This document shows positions 50,155 through 60,495 of a stretch of DNA of 64,000 nt, piece after piece. Every line of letters starts with the position of its first letter. The stretch's first letter is position 1. A model generated the notes under the pieces. It was not told where the DNA came from. It saw only the letters and a list, made by a program, of their open reading frames with translations, and did no database searches. Source of the DNA: Deltaproteobacteria bacterium (GTDB lineage Bacteria; Myxococcota_A; UBA9160; SMWR01); contig JAQBGU010000179.1 of assembly GCA_032128375.1 (NCBI GenBank), forward strand, positions 60,511 through 124,510, read 5' to 3'. The position numbers and the translations under genes are program-made.

Positions 50155-51987
50155 TCAGTCGAGGGGGAATTGGTTCTGCCAGCCCGTGTCACGCTGCGCG
50201 TCGAGTTGGTTCGCCTTGTCGAGCAGGAATGGGCCGAGCACGAGGTGGTCCATCTCGGTGTGCATGAAGCAACGATAGGCGTCTTCGGGCGTGCAGACGA
50301 TCGGCTCCCCGCGCACGTTGAAGCTGGTATTGATGATGAGCGCGCAGCCGGTGATCTCTTCGAAGGCACAGATCAGATCGTAGTAGCGCGGGTTGGTCTT
50401 CCGGCTCACCGTCTGGACGCGGGCCGAGTAGTCGACATGCGTGATCGCCGGAACGTCCGAGCGTGCGCGGTTCACGAGATCCTGTACGCCGAGTTCTGAC
50501 TCGTCGCCGTGCGCGGGTTGTCGGCGCTGCTCGCATACGGGGGCAACGAGGAGCATGTACGGTGACGGGCGGTCGAGTTCGAAGTAATTCGCGACTTGCT
50601 CCTCGCGAACAGACGGCGCAAACGGCCGGAAGCTCTCGCGGTACTTGATCTTGAGGTTGAGGACCGATTGCATCTTGGGCGAGCGCGCGTCGCCGACGAT
50701 CGAACGGTTGCCGAGCGCACGTGGGCCGAACTCCATGCGGCCGTGGAACAACCCGACGACGTGCTCGTCGGCGATGAGCTTCGCGATACTCGGCGCCCAG
50801 TCTGCGTCGGAGAGTTCGCTGTAGGGAATTCCGCGCGCGTCGAGGAAGCAGCGGATCGAGTCGGGTGCGAACTCCGGGCCGAGCAGCGCGCCTTTCATGC
50901 CATCCTCATCGGGTTTGGTCTGGCGCGGGTTGCCTAGCGCGTTGTGCCAGACCGAGAGTGCTGCACCGACTGCTCCGCCCGCATCGCCGGCTGCGGGTTG
51001 GATCCATACGTCCCGGAATACGCCGTCGCGCACCAGCTTGCCATTAGCGACACAGTTGAGCGCCACACCGCCCGCCAAGCAGAGGTTCTCCTTGCCGGTG
51101 AGCTCTCGCGCGTGGCGCGCCATCCGCAACACGATTTCCTCGGTCACTTCCTGGATGGACTTCGCGATGTTCATCTCACGGCGCGTGATCGGCGCGTCGC
51201 TCTTGCGCGGCGGGCCGCCGAAGAGCGTTGAGAAGCGCTCGCTCGTCATTACGTCGGCGGCGAGATAGCCGAAGTAGTCCATATTGAGCCGAAAAGAGCC
51301 ATCCGCCTTCAAGTCCAGCAACTCGTCGAAGATTCGCTGGGTGTACTCACCTTCCCCGTACGGGGCGAGTCCCATGAGTTTGTATTCGCCGGAGTTGACC
51401 CTGAACCCTGTGTAATAGGTAAACGCCGAGTAGAGCAGACCGAGCGAGTGGGGGAAGTCGAGTTGGCGGATGAGCCGCAGCCGATGGCCCTCGCCGATTC
51501 CGATCGAGGCGGTCGCCCACTCGCCCACACCGTCGATTGTCAGCACAGCGGCCTCATCGAACGGGGAGGGGTAGAATGCGCTGGCGGCGTGCGATTCGTG
51601 GTGCTCGGGGAAGTAGATCGTTCCCTCGTAGCGGGAGCCGAGTTCGTCGAGTGCTTCGCGAATTTGCGGTTCGATCCACATTTTTTCGCGGACCCACATC
51701 GGCAGTGCTTTGAGGAACGTGCCGAGACCGCGCGGCGAGGCCGCGAAGTAGGTCTCCATGATCCGGTGGAACTTCAAGATGGGTTTGTCGTAGAACGTGA
51801 CGGCGTCGAGATCGCCGCCCGTCTGGTTCGCCTCGGCGAGGCAATAACGCACGGCGTTGCTCGGGAATGCCTGGTCGTGCTTGACGCGCGTGAAGCGCTC
51901 TTCCTGCGCGGCGGCGATGATTTCGCCGTCGTCGATGATGCACGCGGCGGAGTCATGGTAGTAGGCGCTGATTCCGAGGATCCGCAT
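50155..51987 (-). CDS. O-carbamoyltransferase, NodU/CmcH/TobZ (SxtI-like) family
   Basis: GIS.YYHDSAA, EERF.R.KH, HHESHAASAF, GGVALNCVANG, EFGPRALG.RS, RESFRPFAP, INTSFNVRGEP. Confidence 0.95.
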   Translation of the reverse strand: MRILGISAYYHDSAACIIDDGEIIAAAQEERFTRVKHDQAFPSNAVRYCLAEANQTGGDLDAVTFYDKPILKFHRIMETYFAASPRGLGTFLKALPMWVREKMWIEPQIREALDELGSRYEGTIYFPEHHESHAASAFYPSPFDEAAVLTIDGVGEWATASIGIGEGHRLRLIRQLDFPHSLGLLYSAFTYYTGFRVNSGEYKLMGLAPYGEGEYTQRIFDELLDLKADGSFRLNMDYFGYLAADVMTSERFSTLFGGPPRKSDAPITRREMNIAKSIQEVTEEIVLRMARHARELTGKENLCLAGGVALNCVANGKLVRDGVFRDVWIQPAAGDAGGAVGAALSVWHNALGNPRQTKPDEDGMKGALLGPEFAPDSIRCFLDARGIPYSELSDADWAPSIAKLIADEHVVGLFHGRMEFGPRALGNRSIVGDARSPKMQSVLNLKIKYRESFRPFAPSVREEQVANYFELDRPSPYMLLVAPVCEQRRQPAHGDESELGVQDLVNRARSDVPAITHVDYSARVQTVSRKTNPRYYDLICAFEEITGCALIINTSFNVRGEPIVCTPEDAYRCFMHTEMDHLVLGPFLLDKANQLDAQRDTGWQNQFPLD

Positions 51988-51991
51988 CGGT

Positions 51992-52450
51992 TCAGTACTG
52001 GTTCGTCCAGGTCTCGGCCGGGCGTTCGGATCGGACGATCCAATACGTATCGGCCTCAGGTTCGTAGAAACGCTTCAGCTTGTCGCGGCGCTTGCGACGA
52101 AACAGGGCACCGAATGGAACGAAAAACAGGTAGAAGAGGGGAACCAGCGTAATCACGGTGGTCATCCGGCCGAGCAGCCCGGCGGCGCGACCGATCGAGC
52201 GCTCGATCACCGCGTACAACCCGAGCGGTGACGCGAGGGCCGAAAGCAGCGTCACGGCTCCAATCGTTGCCACAATCATCGCCAGTGTCGGAGCGTCGAA
52301 CACCCAAAAAAGACCCGCTGCGGCGATAGCGATGGCGCCACGTAGGCTCCCCCTTCGCCGCGCGCTCTTGGCATAGTCGTCTGGTGTCGCGTCAGCGCCA
52401 CGCCAGTTCCAGATGGTATCTGCTGCCTCAGCCCTACCTAAGGTTCGCAC
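51992..52450 (-). CDS. SxtJ-like membrane protein
   Basis: 3 TM segments; LFY....P.G.L.R...RD.L........TYW..R......NQY tail; AGGAG RBS. Confidence 0.75.
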   Translation of the reverse strand: MRTLGRAEAADTIWNWRGADATPDDYAKSARRRGSLRGAIAIAAAGLFWVFDAPTLAMIVATIGAVTLLSALASPLGLYAVIERSIGRAAGLLGRMTTVITLVPLFYLFFVPFGALFRRKRRDKLKRFYEPEADTYWIVRSERPAETWTNQY

Positions 52451-52688
52451 TGGGTGACTCTCCTCTCATCCTGGCCTGATCCTGGCCTGATTGAGTACAG
52501 ATCCGCGGTGGGGAAGCGCGGCGGGAGGCACAAGTATCGCGCTCGCCTCGAAGGGGCGTGGCGGTCGCGTTATTCTGGCACGCCTCACCGGACGCGTCCA
52601 CTGCCACCCGTGGTGTGGTGCTCCCAATCAGGCGCTTCTCTATAGCTTCATAGAGAGAGAAATAGATAGATAGGGGGATGTAGGGAAG

Positions 52689-53939
52689 GTGCTGCGCAAC
52701 GTGCTGCTCGTCTGCGTTTCGACTGCGGTCTCATTGTGGGTCGCGGAGTGCGGCCTGCGTGTCCACCACTATGGGAGCCTCGCCGGCCTGTCAGGTGAGC
52801 ATACGGTGCGAGAGCCACACCCCGTGCTCGGCTGGGCGCTCGAGCCGGGAAGTAGGGCGTTTCAGCGATCGCGCGACTATGGGGTCAAGGTCGAGATCAA
52901 CGAGCATGGCCTGCGCGACCGTGCCCACGCCTTTGATCCGGCGCCTGGCGGGTCGCGAATCGCAATCCTGGGTGACTCGTTCATGGAGGCGTACCAGGTC
53001 GAACTCGATGAGTCGCTTCCGTATCTTCTACAGGAGGCGCTCGCCGACCGGCGAGTCGAGGTGATCAACTTCGGAGTGGGTGGCTACGGCACCGCCCAGG
53101 CACTCCTCGCGTTACGCGAAAAGGGTCTGCGCTATTCCCCAGACCTGGTCGTGCTGGCCTTCTTCACAGGCAACGATATACAAAACAACTCGCGCGAACT
53201 CCAGAGCCTCATCTGGGGGGCCGACGAACTCAAATCCTTTGGTCGCCCGTACCTGCTCGCGGAAACCCTGCAGTCTGAGATTGTCTGGGAACTGCCCGAC
53301 CCGGACCGGGTCGACAAGCTTGTGACCGATGCGAAGGCCCGGCGAGCGTCTCTTACGCGTCGGATTCTCAAGTTCATCGAGCCCGCGATGCTCGGGCACG
53401 TGTTCGAACGCGCGCTGTCCCGCGTCGGGTCCGGCGCCAAAGATTTCGATCCCAACGTCATGTTCGGCTGGATCTATACCGAGAACTTCGATTCCAACCA
53501 CCCCGCTGCCACACTGGACGCAGCCGGATACGAGCGCGTATTCGACGACGCTTGGCGAGTGACACGGCGAGCGGTCTTGGGGATTCGCGACCTTGCGGCG
53601 TCCTCGGGCGCTCGGTTCGCAGTGCTGATCGTCCCCTCACGGGAACAGGTCGTGCCCGATTGGGGCCGCGCAGTAGAGCAGCAGTTTCCGGCGTTGCGCT
53701 TCGACTGGTTGAGGATCAATCGCGAGATGGCAAGTTTCTGTGCATCGGCAGCGATCCCGCTACTCGATCCCACTGGCGCGTTGGCGGAGGCTTCGGCCAA
53801 CGCCCCGGTGTATTACGAAATCGAGGACCGCCACTGGAGCCCGCTCGGCCACGCGGTCGCAGTGGCAGAGCTGGTGGATTTCCTCGACCGGGAACGCCTG
53901 GTTCCGTCGGGCACAGCGGCGCGTGAAGGGCGGCAGTGA
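52689..53939 (+). CDS. SGNH/GDSL (AlgJ/AlgX-like) periplasmic protein
   Basis: TM anchor; IN..GLRD, LGDSF, N.GV.GYGT.Q, GND, D.HW...GH. Confidence 0.85.
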   Translation: MLRNVLLVCVSTAVSLWVAECGLRVHHYGSLAGLSGEHTVREPHPVLGWALEPGSRAFQRSRDYGVKVEINEHGLRDRAHAFDPAPGGSRIAILGDSFMEAYQVELDESLPYLLQEALADRRVEVINFGVGGYGTAQALLALREKGLRYSPDLVVLAFFTGNDIQNNSRELQSLIWGADELKSFGRPYLLAETLQSEIVWELPDPDRVDKLVTDAKARRASLTRRILKFIEPAMLGHVFERALSRVGSGAKDFDPNVMFGWIYTENFDSNHPAATLDAAGYERVFDDAWRVTRRAVLGIRDLAASSGARFAVLIVPSREQVVPDWGRAVEQQFPALRFDWLRINREMASFCASAAIPLLDPTGALAEASANAPVYYEIEDRHWSPLGHAVAVAELVDFLDRERLVPSGTAAREGRQ

Positions 53940-54862
53940 GTACTTCGGCGCCGCACGTGATCCACATCGGCTACCACAAGACGGGTAGCTCGTGGTTCCA
54001 GAAACACTTGTTTCCGCGCGTGCGCAACGCGCGCTTCGTCGCGCGCGCCGAGGTCCGGCGCAGCCTGCTGCTGCCTTCGCCATTCGCGTTCGATCCCGGC
54101 ATGGCTCGCTCCGGGCTGCTCGCCGGTACCGATGATCGGCTGCTGCTGAGCGAAGAGGAACTCTCGGGCAACCTCCACACCGGAGGGCTGCACGGTGGGT
54201 TGTCCAAAGAAATTGCCGGGAGGCTGCACCGCAGCTTCCCGGACTCGTGCATCGTAGTGTTCGTGCGCAACCAGACCACGATGATCGCCTCGAGCTACAA
54301 GCAATACATCAAGGGGGGTGGATCCCAAAATATCCGGGGCTTTCTCGAGCCGTCCAAGGCGCCTCACAAGATCCCGAACTTCTCGCTCGATTACCTCGCC
54401 TACGACGGACTCATTGGTCATTATGAGTCGCTCTTCGGAGCTGAGAAGGTTCGCGTGTTCGCTTATGAGGACTTCTGTCGCGAACCGATCGATTTCTTGA
54501 AGCGGTTCGGTGATGCGCTCGACCTGGACGTCGAGTTGCCGCCGGTCGCTCGTGAGAATGCCGGGTTGCGCAGTAGAACCCTCGCACTGATGCGCGTGCT
54601 CAACTACTTCCACGACCGCGAGATCCCGAACTCGCCAACTCTGGTACACATTCCCGGACTCTACGGGCTGCTGCGGTCGATCGCGCCGCAACTCGATCGG
54701 TTGCCGTTCATGGGGACGATCAAGGAATTGCCCGACTACTTGTCAGCGGACGAGATCGCCGCAATCGAAGACCGTTATCGGGAGTCCAACGCGAGGCTTG
54801 CGCGCCGCCATGCCCTGCCTTTGGCGGAGTTCGGCTATCCACTGCCGAGTTCCTGCGGGTGA
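53936..54862 (+). CDS. Sulfotransferase family protein
   Basis: HIGYHKTGSSW.Q (5'-PSB loop), S.E.L, VRNQ....SSY.QY (3'-PB). Confidence 0.8.
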   Translation: MSTSAPHVIHIGYHKTGSSWFQKHLFPRVRNARFVARAEVRRSLLLPSPFAFDPGMARSGLLAGTDDRLLLSEEELSGNLHTGGLHGGLSKEIAGRLHRSFPDSCIVVFVRNQTTMIASSYKQYIKGGGSQNIRGFLEPSKAPHKIPNFSLDYLAYDGLIGHYESLFGAEKVRVFAYEDFCREPIDFLKRFGDALDLDVELPPVARENAGLRSRTLALMRVLNYFHDREIPNSPTLVHIPGLYGLLRSIAPQLDRLPFMGTIKELPDYLSADEIAAIEDRYRESNARLARRHALPLAEFGYPLPSSCG

Positions 54863-54912
54863 GACGGGAGGCCGAAGTTCGGGATCGTTTCCTCGATCGC
54901 AGATCACTTCCG

Positions 54913-56133
54913 CTATAAGGTATCGATCTCGCCAGCGCGGGCGCGCTCGATCACGCTTTGCAGCCAGAGGACCTGCTCCGGGTAGGTCGCGGCCCACACT
55001 TCCCGCTCGTGTTCGACGCGTGCGAGCTGGGCATCGAGGTTGTCGACGGTGAGTTGCAACCCGAAGTCCGCGTCGGGGGGGGCAGCCGACGCGCCGCCAA
55101 TCATCCGACCGAGAATCAAGTCGCCGAGGTCGGGTTTGAAGTGAGAACACTCCATCCACCAGCGCATCGCGTCACCTGGTACGCCGTCCAATGGCACCGG
55201 CTCGCTCGGGTAGCTGGCGTAACTGGTGAAATCGTAGAGGACGAAGTCGGTATCGCGCAGGCTCTCGACGAGGTCGCGCTTCCAATCCTCGAAGGTCTGC
55301 CACCAACCCGTAGCGCGGATCACCTCCAGAAACGTTACGTGAACCGGTGCGATTGCCACGACGAGCTCGATTTCGTCCTCTCGCGCCATCGATACGATCT
55401 CGCGAAAGCGTCGAAGCTGTTCTGCCGCGTAGGCGAAATCACCGTACCGACCCTCACGCAGCATGGTGCCAGCGATGACCGCTTCGAATAGCGTACGCAT
55501 CGAGTAGCCGTGATGTTTCTCGACCACGATGCGAAACCCCAACTCTGAATAGGACGAGGCTTGCCCGCTCCGGAAGTTCTCGATGGTATCCATGGCAGCT
55601 TCGAAAGCGCGAATGCTCCAGACTTTCTCCATCGCGTAGTCGATCCTGCCGCGCTCCTCGTTGAGACGGCTCTGGTCGAAGTCGCCACCTCCGGCTCGAC
55701 CACCGTGAAACATGTCGAGGTGTACGACCAACAGCACCCGGGACAGGTCCGCGTCCTCGCGACCGAGGCGATACATGCGGACGGTCTCGAACAGCGTGGT
55801 TCCCGCCAACGCTGCGTTGAAGACACGGCTGCCGCCATAGCGGGGGTTCTCCGGATCCATGCCCCACTGGGTTCGCGACGAGCCGAGCAGCAGCCATTCG
55901 TTACCACCGCGCGCAACGCGATTCGCCTTGAAGGTGCGACTTCCCCGTTCGGTCGCGAACGGCCGGAGCTCGTCGAGGGCCAGCGGAGTTCCCAGACCAA
56001 AGGGATCGACTGCGAGCACGAAGATCGCAGTCGCGAAGAGTAGAAATCCTGTAACCAACCCGAACCACGCCAGGTAGCTTCGCTGTTTGGGCTGCGACTC
56101 TGGGCTGCTAGAAGTTGAAGTAGAGGAACTCAT
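54913..56133 (-). CDS. SGNH-like MBOAT partner (DltD/AlgJ-like)
   Basis: TM, VDPFG, LLGSSR, P.H, W.E.SH; start overlaps the MBOAT 3' end. Confidence 0.7.
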   Translation of the reverse strand: MSSSTSTSSSPESQPKQRSYLAWFGLVTGFLLFATAIFVLAVDPFGLGTPLALDELRPFATERGSRTFKANRVARGGNEWLLLGSSRTQWGMDPENPRYGGSRVFNAALAGTTLFETVRMYRLGREDADLSRVLLVVHLDMFHGGRAGGGDFDQSRLNEERGRIDYAMEKVWSIRAFEAAMDTIENFRSGQASSYSELGFRIVVEKHHGYSMRTLFEAVIAGTMLREGRYGDFAYAAEQLRRFREIVSMAREDEIELVVAIAPVHVTFLEVIRATGWWQTFEDWKRDLVESLRDTDFVLYDFTSYASYPSEPVPLDGVPGDAMRWWMECSHFKPDLGDLILGRMIGGASAAPPDADFGLQLTVDNLDAQLARVEHEREVWAATYPEQVLWLQSVIERARAGEIDTL

Positions 56134-57577
56134 TGGCCCGACTCAAGTACAAAACAGCGATGAAGAACGCAAACGATGTGACGAGTGCGTGAATCCGAGT
56201 CGGGCGCCAGCCTCCGACCTCGAACCCGAAAGGCAGCGGCACCGGCTTGCGGTCATCGGTCACGATTTGCTGCGTGTTTGGCGCCAACAGTGCGATGACC
56301 GTTCCGACGGCGATCCACGTCAGAGCCGATCCGGGACGCAAGCTCTCGTCAAAGGCGAGCCCCTCGGCGCCGAACATCGATGCGATGATGCTCCAGGCTG
56401 CGGGAAAGCTCGTGGCCCGGAAGAAGACAATGCTGGAGACGAACGCGAACAGAGTCGTGATGCGGGCGGAGAAGTCGCCCAGTGGGGACCAGCCCTCGGG
56501 CCAGTCGATCCGAAAGGGCTGGTAGAAGTGGTGGATACACAGGAACAGCCCGTGTAGTCCGCCCCAGAAAGCGAAGGTCCAGCCCGCACCGTGCCACAGT
56601 CCACCGACGACCATCGTCGTCATCAGGTTCACGTAGCGGCGCGGCTCGCCGTGACGGTTGCCACCGAGCGGGTAGTACACGTAATCACGGAGGAAGCGCG
56701 AGAGCGTCATGTGCCAGCGGCTCCACAAGTCGTCGATGCTTCGCGCCCTGTACGGGGAGTTGAAGTTCACCGGCAGCCGGATCCCGAACATCAGGCCGAT
56801 ACCGATCGCCATGTCCGAATACCCAGAGAAATCGAAGTAGACCTGCAAGGTGTAGGCGAGAGTCCCGGCCCAAGCATCGGCGAAGCCGACGGCGGCGCCA
56901 GAAGCCGCCGCATCGAACACCGGGTTGACGGTTCGGGACAGGCTGTCGGCGATGATGACCTTCTTGAAAAATCCGATGACGAAGGTCGCGCTTCCCTGGG
57001 CGAGGTTCGCGGGATCGAACCGTCGGCTGCGCTCTTCCGAGAACTGCGGGAGCATTTCCGCGTGATGAACGATGGGGCCGGCGATCAGTTGGGGGAAGAA
57101 GGAGACGAACAGGCAGTAGTCGAGAAACGAGTAGCGCGGGGCCGGGCCGCGATGGACGTCCACCAGGTAGGCAATCTGTTGGAAAGTGAAGAACGAGACT
57201 CCGAGCGGAAGAATGATGTTCTCGAGGTGATAGCTGGTGCCGCCGACCGAGTTGATGGAGTCGACGAAGAAGTTCGCGTACTTGTAGTAGCCGAGCAGCG
57301 CGATATTGAACCCAAGTCCCAGCGCGAGTATGGCGCGTTGTCGAACCTCGAGGCCGCGCGCAGGGCTCTGGAGCCATACTCCGATCGCGAAGTTTGCAAC
57401 GATCGAGGCACCTATCAACAGCAGGTAGTCTGGATTCCACCAGCCGTAGTAGAACAGCGAGGCGGCAACCAACCAGCCGATCGCCGGACGCTTTCCCAGC
57501 CCGCTGCTGAGCCAGTAGTAGCCGACCAGGGTCACCGGCAGGAACACGAACACGAAGATGTAGGAGTTGAAGAGCAT
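56108..57577 (-). CDS. MBOAT O-acyltransferase (AlgI family)
   Basis: MLFNS, LPLG.SFFTFQQIAYL, FFPQLIAGPI, DFSGYSDMA, RWHMTLS, GLWHGA; C-terminus FLYFNF. Confidence 0.95.
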   Translation of the reverse strand: MLFNSYIFVFVFLPVTLVGYYWLSSGLGKRPAIGWLVAASLFYYGWWNPDYLLLIGASIVANFAIGVWLQSPARGLEVRQRAILALGLGFNIALLGYYKYANFFVDSINSVGGTSYHLENIILPLGVSFFTFQQIAYLVDVHRGPAPRYSFLDYCLFVSFFPQLIAGPIVHHAEMLPQFSEERSRRFDPANLAQGSATFVIGFFKKVIIADSLSRTVNPVFDAAASGAAVGFADAWAGTLAYTLQVYFDFSGYSDMAIGIGLMFGIRLPVNFNSPYRARSIDDLWSRWHMTLSRFLRDYVYYPLGGNRHGEPRRYVNLMTTMVVGGLWHGAGWTFAFWGGLHGLFLCIHHFYQPFRIDWPEGWSPLGDFSARITTLFAFVSSIVFFRATSFPAAWSIIASMFGAEGLAFDESLRPGSALTWIAVGTVIALLAPNTQQIVTDDRKPVPLPFGFEVGGWRPTRIHALVTSFAFFIAVLYLSRANEFLYFNF

Positions 57578-57968
57578 CGCCAGAAGCTCGCGTTTACGCG
57601 GATTCGCGCCTGTCTACCGCAGAGAGTCGCCACCCGCCATCGCGCGCGCGGCCTTTTGGGGTGGCGAACACGTCTGAGCGTGGCGCTACCCTAGCGCGTC
57701 GCTCTCGGCTCGGTCGCGGGATCCGTTGCGCGACAGTTCCCGGTTGCGAAGTCAATACTCGACGACCGTCATTGGCCAACGGTCTACCATTTCGAGCGCT
57801 GATACTCCGCACTCGCGCCGGTATTGCGAGAATGTTTGTGTTGCGCGCAGGCGGATTGGGCGACGGCGTCAACAGGTGGTCCCATGGGTCGATCGCGATA
57901 CACTCGCCGCGGCGGGCTTTGGGGTGCTGGCTCGTACCCCAGGGACCTTCCACAACCAGGAGGCTTAC

Positions 57969-59030
57969 ATGGCGCGTCCAAGAAAGACACGACGCATCCG
58001 GCTCGACGCCGCCACTGCGTGCCAGCTGAAATGCCCCTCGTGTCCAACGGCCTCGGGTGAGGTGGGCAAGAACTTGGGAACGGGATTCCTGCGCTTCGAC
58101 GACTTCAAGCAGATCGTCGATCGCAATCCCTGGCTGAGCCGCATCGAGCTTTCGAACTGGGGTGAGATCTTTCTGAACCCGCACCTCGTGCGGATCATGA
58201 AGTACGCCTACGAGAACAACGTCGACCTGCAGGCCCACAACGGGACCAACCTCAACACGGTGAAGGATGAGACCCTGGAGGCGCTCGCAAAATACCGCTT
58301 CCACCACATGTCGGTCTCGCTCGACGGCGCGAGCCAGGAGACTTATTCGATCTACCGGGTGAACGGCGACTTCGACACCGTGATTTCAAACGTCGAGAGG
58401 ATCAACCACTACAAGGCCAAATACCGCTCGAAATACCCAACGCTGCGTTGGCAGTTCGTGGCCTTCGGACACAACGAGCACGAGATCGACAAGGCCCGCC
58501 AAATGGCGTCTGATCTCGACATGGATTTCGTGCTCAAGCTGAGCTGGGGCGATTTGTACACTGAAGCGTTTTCCCCCACCCAGAACGAGCAGCAGATTCG
58601 CGACCAATCCAAGAAGGGCGTCGCAAGCCGCGACGAGTTCGAGAAGGAACAGGGCGAGAACTACAAGTCGAAGACCTGCTGGCAACTGTGGCGCGACCCG
58701 GTCGTGAACTTCGACGGCCGCGTACTCGGCTGCTGCATCAACCACTGGGGTGATTTCGGTCGCGTCGAAGACGGCGATCTGACGGCGGGACTCAACAACG
58801 AGAAACTCGAGTACGCGCGCGACGTGCTGACGGGTCGCGCACCCGCGCGCCCCGATCTTCCCTGCCTGTCATGTGAGATTTTCGAATCGATGCAAAAAAA
58901 TGATCATTGGATCGACGAGGACCGAATCAAGTACAAGCGGGATCCGTCGCGTCTGACGATCCGGCTGCGCAACAAGCTGCTGCCCCGGCTGCTGGGACGC
59001 GCTGCGGCGGCTGACGAGGATGCGAGTTAG
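57969..59030 (+). CDS. Radical SAM protein with SPASM/twitch domain
   Basis: CQLKCPSC, NWGE...NP, C...W......G.V..CC...C..C; AGGAGG RBS before 57969. Confidence 0.9.
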   Translation: MARPRKTRRIRLDAATACQLKCPSCPTASGEVGKNLGTGFLRFDDFKQIVDRNPWLSRIELSNWGEIFLNPHLVRIMKYAYENNVDLQAHNGTNLNTVKDETLEALAKYRFHHMSVSLDGASQETYSIYRVNGDFDTVISNVERINHYKAKYRSKYPTLRWQFVAFGHNEHEIDKARQMASDLDMDFVLKLSWGDLYTEAFSPTQNEQQIRDQSKKGVASRDEFEKEQGENYKSKTCWQLWRDPVVNFDGRVLGCCINHWGDFGRVEDGDLTAGLNNEKLEYARDVLTGRAPARPDLPCLSCEIFESMQKNDHWIDEDRIKYKRDPSRLTIRLRNKLLPRLLGRAAAADEDAS

Positions 59031-59186
59031 CGGGCCTGATCGCCGCACTCTCGGGTTGTAGGGACGTAGCGACAGCCTCGTCGATGAGGGTTGCGCGATC
59101 AAGCCCCGCAAATGCGCGGTCGGAGGCCTTTCAGCCCGCATCGACACAACGGACTGCGCAAATGCAAACCGCTACGCGCTCGAGTC

Positions 59187-60368
59187 TTAGAAGATCTCGA
59201 ATAGCCCTGCTGCGCCCTGACCACCGCCTATGCACATCGTTACAACGCCCCACTTCGCCTTGCGGCGCTTGCCTTCGAGCAGCAGGTGGCCGACGCAGCG
59301 CGCGCCGGTCATGCCGAACGGGTGGCCGACCGAGATCGAGCCGCCGTTGACGTTGTACTTCGCCGGGTCGATGCCGAGCGTGTCGCGGCAGTAGAGGCAC
59401 TGGCTCGCGAACGCTTCGTTGAGCTCCCACAGATCGATATCGTCGACCTTCAGGCCAGCACGCGCGAGCAGACGCGGCACGGCGATCACCGGGCCGATCC
59501 CCATCTCGTCGGGCTTACAGCCGCCCGCAGTGAAACCCCGGAATGCGCCGAGCGGCTCGATGCCGCGCTTCTTCGCTTCGCCAGCCTCCATCATCACCAC
59601 GGACGCTGCGCCGTCGGAAAGCTGCGACGCGTTTCCGGCAGTGATGTAGTGCTCCTCACCGCGAATCGGCTTCAGCTTCTGCAGGCCTTCTAGCGTTGTG
59701 GACGGGCGATTGCACTCGTCTTTCGTGACGACGTAATCGACTACCGACGTTTCGCCACTCTCCTTGTCCTTGACGGTCATCTGCGTTTCCATCGGGACGA
59801 TTTCGTTGTCGTAGAGGCCCGCGTCTTGCGCGGCCGCGGTGCGCCTCTGACTTTCGAGTGAGTACTCGTCCTGATAATCGCGGCTGATCTTGTAGCGGTC
59901 GGCGACGATGTCGGCCGTCTCGATCATCGGCATCCAAAGGCCCGGGTATTGCTCCATCAGCGGCTTGTCGACCTGATGCGAGAAACCTCCGCCCGTCATG
60001 CTCAGGCTGATCGATTCGACGCCAGCTCCGACGACGATGTCTTCGCCGTCGACGATGATTCTGCCCGCGGCTGTCGCGATCGCATTCAGGCCCGAAGAAC
60101 AGTGGCGGCTGACCGTCACGCCCGTGGTCGTAACCGGGCAACCAGCCTTCAGCGCCGCGACGCGGCCGATGTTGTTGCCAGTCGTTCCCTGCGGAGTACC
60201 GCAGCCGAGAACCACCTCCGAGACTTCTTCCGGCTCGATACCGGCGCGCGCGATCGAGTGCTTGATCGCGTGGCCCGCCATAGCGGCTCCGCCCGTATTG
60301 TTGAATCCACCCCGGTGGGATTTGGCGAGCCCGGTTCGGGCAACTGAGACGATGACAGCTTCGCGCAT
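59187..60368 (-). CDS. Acetyl-CoA C-acyltransferase (thiolase)
   Basis: CSSG, NASQLSDGA, NEAFA, GHPFG.TG, MCIGGGQG. Confidence 0.95.
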   Translation of the reverse strand: MREAVIVSVARTGLAKSHRGGFNNTGGAAMAGHAIKHSIARAGIEPEEVSEVVLGCGTPQGTTGNNIGRVAALKAGCPVTTTGVTVSRHCSSGLNAIATAAGRIIVDGEDIVVGAGVESISLSMTGGGFSHQVDKPLMEQYPGLWMPMIETADIVADRYKISRDYQDEYSLESQRRTAAAQDAGLYDNEIVPMETQMTVKDKESGETSVVDYVVTKDECNRPSTTLEGLQKLKPIRGEEHYITAGNASQLSDGAASVVMMEAGEAKKRGIEPLGAFRGFTAGGCKPDEMGIGPVIAVPRLLARAGLKVDDIDLWELNEAFASQCLYCRDTLGIDPAKYNVNGGSISVGHPFGMTGARCVGHLLLEGKRRKAKWGVVTMCIGGGQGAAGLFEIF

Positions 60369-60495
60369 GAGGGCTTTCTCCTGGTTCGGTGCGGACTTCC
60401 TACAGACGAGCTCGTCGACGGAAGTAGTCCACGGAAGTGGGGGCGTCCGACCGGGCCGGGTCGCCGATTCGTTGGCAGCGGGAAAATAGCTTAGC

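Noticed and set aside
49975..52450. Saxitoxin biosynthesis (sxtI/J/K-like genes)
   Set aside because: No sxtA, sxtG or other core genes; neighbours are glycan-modifying enzymes.
57969..59030. Radical SAM as bufferin maturase
   Set aside because: Opposite strand and separated from the MNIO operon by a thiolase.
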